Position numbers and translations under genes: made by a program. The notes below the pieces were generated by a model. It saw only the letters and a list, made by a program, of their open reading frames with translations. It was not told where the DNA came from and searched no databases. Positions 55,136 to 64,000 of a stretch of DNA of 64,000 nucleotides are shown one piece after another (position 1 is the stretch's first letter; each line of letters opens with the position of its first letter). Source of the DNA: Vicinamibacterales bacterium (GTDB lineage Bacteria; Acidobacteriota; Vicinamibacteria; Vicinamibacterales; 2-12-FULL-66-21); the NCBI GenBank assembly GCA_035620975.1, contig DASPFV010000219.1:6908-70907 (forward strand), in the 5' to 3' direction.

Positions 55136-55989
55136 TGCCGGCCGTCCAGGCCGCGCCGTTCGATGCGCGTGAGGCTCGCGGCCGCCGCCTCACGGAACCA
55201 GCGCTGGTGAGGTGGGGGCTGGTGGGTGTCGCGCTGGCCTTTCTCGTGCTCTTTCTCGCCATCCCGCTGACCGCCGTGTTCATCGAGGCGCTGGCGAACG
55301 GGTTCGGGCCGTACTTCCGTGCCATCCTCGACCCCGACGCGGTGGCGGCGCTGAAGCTGACGGTGCTGACCGCTGTGATCGCCGTGCCTGCGAACCTGGT
55401 GTTCGGCCTGTGCGCAGGATGGGCAATCGCGAAGTTCCAGTTCCGGGGCCGATCCCTGCTCACGACGCTGATCGACCTGCCGTTCGCCGTCTCGCCGGTC
55501 ATTTCGGGCCTCGTGTTCGTCCTGCTCGCGGGCCGTCAGGGCTTCATCGGGCCGTGGCTCGCCGAGCGGGACATCCAGATCATCTTTGCCGTGCCCGGCA
55601 TCGTGCTCGCGAGCGTCTTCGTCTCGTTCCCGTTCATCGCGCGGGAGGTCATTCCGATCATGGAGGCGGGCGGCACCCATGAGGAGGAGGCGGCGCGCGT
55701 GCTGGGTGCCGGCGGCTGGCAGACGTTCTGGCGCGTGACGCTGCCGAACATCAAATGGGGCGTCCTCTACGGCGTGATTCTGTGCACGGCCCGCGTGCTG
55801 GGAGAGTTCGGGGCGGTGTCGGTCGTCTCCGGCCACATCCGCGGGGTCACCACTACGCTGCCGCTCCACGTGGAGATCCTGTACAACGAATACCGGTTCC
55901 AGGCGGCGTTTGCGGTGGCCTCCATCCTGACGTGCCTGGCCCTGGTGACGCTCGTGATCAAGACGGTGGCCGAGCGCCGCGCGCGCTGA
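55132..55989 (+). CDS. cysW: Sulfate ABC transporter permease CysW
   Basis: ATGA overlap with the cysT stop. The EAA loop is [26 protein letters not shown]. It occupies the second half of the 575-aa ORF-track entry. Confidence 0.9.
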   Translation: MMPAVQAAPFDAREARGRRLTEPALVRWGLVGVALAFLVLFLAIPLTAVFIEALANGFGPYFRAILDPDAVAALKLTVLTAVIAVPANLVFGLCAGWAIAKFQFRGRSLLTTLIDLPFAVSPVISGLVFVLLAGRQGFIGPWLAERDIQIIFAVPGIVLASVFVSFPFIAREVIPIMEAGGTHEEEAARVLGAGGWQTFWRVTLPNIKWGVLYGVILCTARVLGEFGAVSVVSGHIRGVTTTLPLHVEILYNEYRFQAAFAVASILTCLALVTLVIKTVAERRAR

Positions 55990-56007
55990 CGGCGAGGACG
56001 GAGTTCG

Positions 56008-57063
56008 ATGAGCATCGAAGTTCGGCATCTCTCGAAAATGTTCGGCAGCCATCCCGCCCTGTGCGATGTCAGCCTGACGGTCAACGCCGGGGAGCTGCTG
56101 GCGCTGCTGGGGCCGTCGGGCTCCGGCAAGACGACCCTGCTGCGCGTGATTGCCGGCCTCGAAGCACCCGACGCGGGCACCGTGCACTTCGACGGCGACG
56201 ATGCGACCGAGCGGAGTGCGACCGATCGCCGGGTCGGCTTCGTGTTCCAGCACTACGCGCTCTTCCGCCACATGACCGTGTTCGAGAACGTGGCCTTCGG
56301 CCTGCGGGTCCGTCCGCGGTTGCAGCGGCCGATGGAAGCCGAGATCCGCCGGCGGGTGAACGAGCTCCTCGCCCTGGTCCAGCTGGACTACCTGGGCGAC
56401 CGCTATCCGTCGCAGCTCTCAGGGGGCCAGCGCCAGCGCGTGGCGCTCGCGCGGGCGCTGGCGGTCGAACCCAGGGTGCTGCTGCTCGACGAGCCGTTCG
56501 GCGCGCTGGATGCGAAGGTGCGGCAGGAGCTGCGCCGCTGGTTGAGGCGGCTCCACAGCCAGATCCACGTGACCAGTGTGTTCGTCACGCACGACCAGGA
56601 GGAGGCCCTCGAACTGGCGGATCGCGTGGTGATCATGAACGAAGGCCGGATCGAGCAGGACGCCAGCCCCGAGGCGGTCGTCGAGCATCCCGCGTCGTCG
56701 TTCGTGATGACGTTCGTCGGCGAGGTGAACATCTTCCGCGGCCGCGTGCAGAGCGGCAAGGCGGTGCTCGGGTCGCTGGCCGTCGACTATCCTGGGTACA
56801 CATCGCCTGAAGAGAGGGACGCCGTCGGCTATGCCCGGCCGCACGAGCTGGAGCTGAGCCGTGATGACGCCGCGGACGGCCTCCCCGCGACCGTGCGCGA
56901 CGTCCGGATGTCTGGCGCGCTGGTGAAAGTCGAGCTGGTGGACCGGAGCGACAGCGTGATTCAGGTCGAGCTCGGGCGCGACCAGTTCGAGGCTCTGCGT
57001 CCGGTGCGTGGCGAGACGGTGTTCGTCAAGCCCAGGCGGCTCCGCATCTTCACGTCCCATTGA
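56008..57063 (+). CDS. cysA: Sulfate ABC transporter ATP-binding protein CysA
   Basis: Walker [10 protein letters not shown], signature LSGGQRQR, Walker B LLLDEP, and a C-terminal TOBE-like regulatory domain. Confidence 0.9.
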   Translation: MSIEVRHLSKMFGSHPALCDVSLTVNAGELLALLGPSGSGKTTLLRVIAGLEAPDAGTVHFDGDDATERSATDRRVGFVFQHYALFRHMTVFENVAFGLRVRPRLQRPMEAEIRRRVNELLALVQLDYLGDRYPSQLSGGQRQRVALARALAVEPRVLLLDEPFGALDAKVRQELRRWLRRLHSQIHVTSVFVTHDQEEALELADRVVIMNEGRIEQDASPEAVVEHPASSFVMTFVGEVNIFRGRVQSGKAVLGSLAVDYPGYTSPEERDAVGYARPHELELSRDDAADGLPATVRDVRMSGALVKVELVDRSDSVIQVELGRDQFEALRPVRGETVFVKPRRLRIFTSH

Positions 57064-57088
57064 GCACGCCGACCCCTTGGAGATGGGG

Positions 57089-57538
57089 TCACGCGCCGAC
57101 GCGAACGACTCCGTTGAGAGTGCCATCCCATCGCCAGGGCGGATTCCGGCCGTGCAGGTGCACGCCGCCGAACCAACGGTCGATGCCGCAGGTCGTCACC
57201 CGGTCCAGTTGCCGGGCCAGCACCGAGCTGCCCGCCGCCGTGCGTGCAATCGTGCCGCGCAGGATTTGCCCCTGCATCGGGTCCCAGGCCAGCAGGTCGT
57301 TCGCCGGATCGAGCGGGGGATCGTTCCCGGCCCACGCCGTCCAGGAGAGGTCTCCCGGGCTCGCGAGGAACTGCCTTCGGACTTCGAGCAGCTCGCTGTC
57401 GCTGAGTCCGCCCGGCACGGGGCCGTCATGAAGGGGATCGGCCCAGATGGACCGCGTCCGGCCAGCCGCCTCGATCGTGTCCGTCGTGCACGTGCCGTTG
57501 GCCACGTGCAGGAACCGTCTGCTCGCTGCTGCCGTCAC
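57089..57538 (-). CDS. DUF1835-like protein
   Basis: The N-terminus RFLHVANGTCTTDTIEAAG...IWADPLHDGPVP resembles the DUF1835 family. Assignment is from memory of the family pattern. Confidence 0.55.
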   Translation of the reverse strand: MTAAASRRFLHVANGTCTTDTIEAAGRTRSIWADPLHDGPVPGGLSDSELLEVRRQFLASPGDLSWTAWAGNDPPLDPANDLLAWDPMQGQILRGTIARTAAGSSVLARQLDRVTTCGIDRWFGGVHLHGRNPPWRWDGTLNGVVRVGA

Positions 57539-57559
57539 ACGCTGCTCCTGGAATCGCGG

Positions 57560-60274
<2,715 letters not shown>

Positions 60275-60380
60275 GGGTGGCTGATTATACGGCCACCCCG
60301 GCGCGCGTCTCGGGGAAATGGCCGTCGTGTCCATCGTGCGGGCCGTGGGCGCGGACGCGGCACGCAGTCGGAGTGAGCAG

Positions 60381-61565
60381 TCAGATCAATGTGCGGTCTC
60401 CTGTCGGCAGGACTCGCCCGCTCGACCCGGGCCGCGGGCGGTCGAGCATCTTCGCTGACAGAAGCGTCAGGTCATCGGGCTGAGGACGGCTGCCGAGACG
60501 TTCCCACACGCGTGCCAGAATCGACTCCAGGAGCGGCGGACCACCGCCGACGTGTGCGCGGCTGGCCGCGAGAATCGCCTCCTCGCCCATGTCATCCTCC
60601 GTGGCCAGCGTGTCCGAGACGCCGTCGGTGAAGAGAACGAGCAGGTCACCTGTAGACATGGGAAGACGTCGTTGCTCCCAGGCACAGATCGGAAGGGCCG
60701 TCGACACGAGCGGGCCGGTGCTTTCGAGCCGCTGCACCCCGTCCTCGGTGTTCAGGAGCAACCCGGGAGGATGGCCGGCGTTCACATAGACCACCTGCTG
60801 CTCCTCGGTCGAGATAATCGCCGCAATCAGGGTGACGAACCGCTCCGGTCCGAACGACGCCATGCTGCCCCGCAGCCGTCTCACGACGGCGGAGGGTTCG
60901 TAGCCGTCGGCTTCCGCCGTTCGAAACGCCGATTTCACGACGCCGGTGAGCATCGCCGCCGAGACGCCATGCCCCATCACGTCGGCGATGAGGACTGCGA
61001 CACGCCCGGGAGCCACCGACACATGGTCGCAGAGGTCGCCGCCCAGCTCGGAACAGGACACGTAACGGCAGCTGATGGCGACCTCGTCGGTGACGACGTC
61101 CCGGACCGGCAAGAGACCCTGTTGGAAGGCGCGCGCCTCGGCGAGCTCGGTCTCCAGTCGATGGACGTGGCGCCGGTTCTCCTCGCGGCGCCAGCGAAGC
61201 TCCAGGCAGCGGTCCACCAGTGTCTGCAATACCTCGCGATCGAAGGGTTTCTGGATGAAGTAGAACGCGCGTCCGCGAATCGCGCGGATCAGCTTCTGGT
61301 CGAGATCATCGAGGCTTCCCGTCATCAGGATGATGTCGACATGCGGCAGTTCTGCCTTCAGGCGGCCCATCAGCGCGAATCCGTCCACTTCGGGCATCCT
61401 GACGTCGAGGATGGCGAGATCCGGCTGAAACTCCCGGGCCAGCGCCAGCGCGTCTGCGGAGGACTGACGACCCACCACGTCGTGCGCCTCCCCCAGCACG
61501 CGTTCGACGGCGCGGACCATGCCGGGGTCGTCATCCACGACCAGGATGCGTGCGCCGCGCCTCAT
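60381..61565 (-). CDS. Response regulator receiver fused to PP2C/SpoIIE-type serine phosphatase
   Basis: The receiver has ILVVDDD...LAILDVRMPEVDG...ILMTG. The PP2C part has GGDLCD, LIADVMGHGVSAAM, VNAGHPP and LFTDGVSD. The internal ATG at 61565 forms an ATGA overlap with the kinase stop. Confidence 0.9.
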   Translation of the reverse strand: MRRGARILVVDDDPGMVRAVERVLGEAHDVVGRQSSADALALAREFQPDLAILDVRMPEVDGFALMGRLKAELPHVDIILMTGSLDDLDQKLIRAIRGRAFYFIQKPFDREVLQTLVDRCLELRWRREENRRHVHRLETELAEARAFQQGLLPVRDVVTDEVAISCRYVSCSELGGDLCDHVSVAPGRVAVLIADVMGHGVSAAMLTGVVKSAFRTAEADGYEPSAVVRRLRGSMASFGPERFVTLIAAIISTEEQQVVYVNAGHPPGLLLNTEDGVQRLESTGPLVSTALPICAWEQRRLPMSTGDLLVLFTDGVSDTLATEDDMGEEAILAASRAHVGGGPPLLESILARVWERLGSRPQPDDLTLLSAKMLDRPRPGSSGRVLPTGDRTLI

Positions 61566-63247
61566 GACAGCGCAGGCGCGGGCTGCGACGAGGCCCAGGG
61601 GACGGTGACGAGAACACGAGTGCCGCGACGCGCGTCGCTTTGAAGGCTCAGCGTTCCGCCGATCTCCCACAGGATCGAGCGGCAGATGGACAGGCCGAGC
61701 CCGTTGCCGTTGCTTTTTGTCGTGAAGAACGGCTCGAACACTCTGGATAGGTTCTCGGGCGGGATGCCCATGCCGGTATCGGCGACCGTGATCGCGACGC
61801 GATCCTCCCGGGGCTCGATGCGCACGGTCACTCGTCCCCCCCGCGAGCTCGCCTCCCGCGCGTTGGTGAGCAGGTTGAGGAAGACCTGTTCGAGATCGCT
61901 CTGCCCGCAGGCGACCGGGGGGAGATCCGCGCTCGCGTCGACGACGAGATCGATTCCACGCCGCTCGATCCCGTCTCTCAGGACGGCCAGCGTGGTTTCG
62001 AGGGCCGGCTGCACCTGGCCGTAATGGCTTCGGCGCGCACCTCCACGCGCAAACGACAGCATGCCGCCGAAGATTCGACGGCACACCTGCATGGACTTCT
62101 GGACCTGTTCGAGATCAGCGAGGTACACCTCCCGGTCGATCTTCCCGGTTTCCAGATCCGCCTGTATCTGCTGGATCAGCGGCAGCATCGATCCGAGCGC
62201 GTTGTTGACGTCATGCGACACGGTCCGGGCGAGATCGGCAATGGCATGCTTGCGCTCGGCCGTCAGCATGCGGGCCTGCAGCGACTCGGCGCGATTCAGG
62301 TTCTGGATGGCGATCGCCGCCTGCGAGCGGAAGCGATCGACGAGCTCGGCATCGAACGGGCTGAGGGTCCCCGGATGGCGGGACGCCACCTTGAGGACGC
62401 CGAAAATGCCGTCGCGTGCGACCAGCGGCGCACACAACATCGACCCCTCGCGCACGGCTTCGTGATTGGCCGGTTCCGCGCCGTTGTAATCGAGCAGATC
62501 GGCCAGGTGCGAGACGGGCAGGTTCGACCATTCGTGCCAGGCCGCGCCCCGTCGATCGAAGCCGTGGATCCCGGCCGACGCGAGAGTGAGTTGCAGCGCA
62601 GGATCGAGCGGCAGCGTGAGGCCGATGCGCTCGCTCCTGCCCTTCGTCCACGCGATCTGTTCCGCCACGACCCGGAGCGCGTCCTCTCCGTTCTCCCGTA
62701 TCAGCAGGGCGGCCGAGTGATCGTAGTGCGTCAGCGACCGGAGCCCATCCAGGATCTGGTAGAAGAGATCCTTCGGCTGAAGCTGCTCCATGATCTTCTT
62801 GTCGATTCGGTCGCGCACCTCCAGCATCCGTTCGCGGTCCATGAACTGAATGGCTTCCGAGACCAGGGCCGCAATGCGCCCGAGGAGCCGCCGGTCGTCG
62901 CGGTCGAATGCCGCTGAGCGCATGAGCGCCATCACGCCCCATGCGGCGCCCCGCCGGCGGATTGGAGCCATCATCAGCTCGCCCCGGAGCCGTGGATGTT
63001 CGTGGCGAATGAACGCGGCGAGGTAACGGAGATCCCAGGGGCCCTCTCGTGGTACGGCAAGAATCGAACGAGCGCGTGTCGCGCCGGCGTCGGCCACGGC
63101 GATACAGCCGTGGGCCGCCTGAAAGAAAGCGCGGGTTTCTCGAAGGGCATGTCCCAGTGCCTTCCGGGGCTCCCGGATCGATCGCAGGTGCTGAGACAGC
63201 TTGTCGAGGAACTTGAGAAGCTGAAGTTCGCGGCCTGGCGACAGCAT
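61562..63247 (-). CDS. Cytoplasmic GAF-domain sensor histidine kinase
   Basis: No TM helices. GAF-like regions are followed by the H-box LARTVSHDVNNALGSM, N-box NLLTNAREA, G1 DTGMGIP and G2 GNGLGLSI. The start is uncertain (ATG 63247 chosen; 63277 and 63487 are alternatives). Confidence 0.85.
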   Translation of the reverse strand: MLSPGRELQLLKFLDKLSQHLRSIREPRKALGHALRETRAFFQAAHGCIAVADAGATRARSILAVPREGPWDLRYLAAFIRHEHPRLRGELMMAPIRRRGAAWGVMALMRSAAFDRDDRRLLGRIAALVSEAIQFMDRERMLEVRDRIDKKIMEQLQPKDLFYQILDGLRSLTHYDHSAALLIRENGEDALRVVAEQIAWTKGRSERIGLTLPLDPALQLTLASAGIHGFDRRGAAWHEWSNLPVSHLADLLDYNGAEPANHEAVREGSMLCAPLVARDGIFGVLKVASRHPGTLSPFDAELVDRFRSQAAIAIQNLNRAESLQARMLTAERKHAIADLARTVSHDVNNALGSMLPLIQQIQADLETGKIDREVYLADLEQVQKSMQVCRRIFGGMLSFARGGARRSHYGQVQPALETTLAVLRDGIERRGIDLVVDASADLPPVACGQSDLEQVFLNLLTNAREASSRGGRVTVRIEPREDRVAITVADTGMGIPPENLSRVFEPFFTTKSNGNGLGLSICRSILWEIGGTLSLQSDARRGTRVLVTVPWASSQPAPALS

Positions 63248-63516
63248 GATCGGGGGTCCTGGTGTCCGCAGGCCCATCTGCGGACTGCTGGGGCCGTCAT
63301 CATACTGCGCCCGCCCGGGGCGCGAAAGCTTCGCACCAGTTCGAGCCCCTGGATGCGCTCGTGCCGCCGTCCATCGTGGGGGCCGGCTGTCACACCGCAG
63401 CGAACAGCTCGGCGCGAGGATCACCGCACAGGAGTGCCCTGGAGCTGACCGGCTGGCCATTCGCCGCCTTGCGACAGGTGTTGCCACATCAGCTCGCAGC
63501 CGGCCTCAGGCCGGGT

Positions 63517-64000
63517 TCACGACGCGATCTGTTCCGGCGTCACCCGCTGATGCGGCCGGGCCCTGACAGCTGTGTAGACGGCGTCCCTGAGCGCAACGTC
63601 GCGCGGATCGCCCGTGAATACCGTGCCCATCCGGCTGGTCACGTACCCGTATCCGATGCCGGCGTCCGGATCGGCAAAGCCCAGCGCGCCCCCGGCGCCT
63701 GGCGAGCCGAACGAGCGCGCGCCGCCGAAGCGCCAGTTCACGCTCGGCTTCATGAAGCCCAGCGAGAACTGCACCTCAGCTTTGAGGCATTCGTCGTAGA
63801 ACCCGCGCAAGGGAGGAATCGCGGGCGCGGCCAGCAGGTCCCGCGTCTCCTGTCGCAGCCCCAGCTCGTGTCCTCCGGTCGCGAAGACGCTGTACGCGTG
63901 TGCCATCGCGCGCGCCGTGCCCACGCCGCCGCCCGCCGGCACCTCCAGATTGCGCGCGTACACACGCGACTCGTCGAGGTAGATTGAAGTGCCGGGGTTC
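63517..64000 (-). CDS. Serine hydrolase (beta-lactamase-related), C-terminal part; the gene continues beyond the window end
   Basis: VPAGGGVGTARAMAHAYSVFATGG...GSPGAGGALGFADPDAGIGYGYVTSRM is typical of the C-terminal half of class C-type hydrolases. The frame is open to position 64000. Confidence 0.75.
   Translation of the reverse strand, partial: NPGTSIYLDESRVYARNLEVPAGGGVGTARAMAHAYSVFATGGHELGLRQETRDLLAAPAIPPLRGFYDECLKAEVQFSLGFMKPSVNWRFGGARSFGSPGAGGALGFADPDAGIGYGYVTSRMGTVFTGDPRDVALRDAVYTAVRARPHQRVTPEQIAS

Overview
This is a GC-rich (about two-thirds G+C by eye) bacterial chromosomal segment, densely coded on both strands. I saw no rRNA, tRNA, CRISPR array, transposase or integrase. The gene content points to an Acidobacteriota-like soil bacterium, but that is inference only. 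It includes two ADOP/MacB-FtsX-type orphan permeases, three Hanks Ser/Thr kinases with TPR or TolB-like beta-propeller ectodomains, three class-C-type serine hydrolases, and many Tat/Sec-exported enzymes. Recognisable blocks, in order:

- **Left end:** nicotinamidase, a cupin, an aldehyde dehydrogenase and DinB.
- **Fatty-acid cluster:** AtoE, an APH-family kinase, a MaoC dehydratase and a divergent ACAD10/11-type acyl-CoA dehydrogenase.
- **Fusion gene neighbourhood:** AlkB, a HAD-phosphatase::P-loop ATPase fusion, a GYD protein and TerB.
- **Exported enzymes:** a Tat-exported Gfo/Idh/MocA oxidoreductase, a two-domain PPK2 and a carboxylesterase.
- **Toxin-antitoxin cassette:** a Phd/YefM-PIN module bracketed by AGGTTCA repeats, next to a truncated methyltransferase.
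- **Sigma factor module:** ECF sigma, YCII and GYD.
- **Metal-related block:** a Tat-exported multicopper oxidase, then a three-gene unit of a Cys/His-rich small exported protein, a TonB-dependent receptor and a BNR propeller.
- **Sulfate uptake:** a sensor-less sigma-54 activator divergent from a sulfate ABC transporter (Sbp-CysTWA).
- **Signalling string:** a GAF histidine kinase, a receiver-PP2C phosphatase and a Hanks kinase.

The best candidates for undescribed biology are the Cys/His-peptide/TBDR/BNR module near the multicopper oxidase, the HAD::HerA-like ATPase fusion, the split ACAD10/11-like cluster and the repeat-flanked toxin-antitoxin cassette. Several gene relics (an ADOP C-terminus, an FAD-oxidoreductase fragment, a methyltransferase fragment) indicate local rearrangement. 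All functional calls come from motifs I read in the translations. No database search was run.
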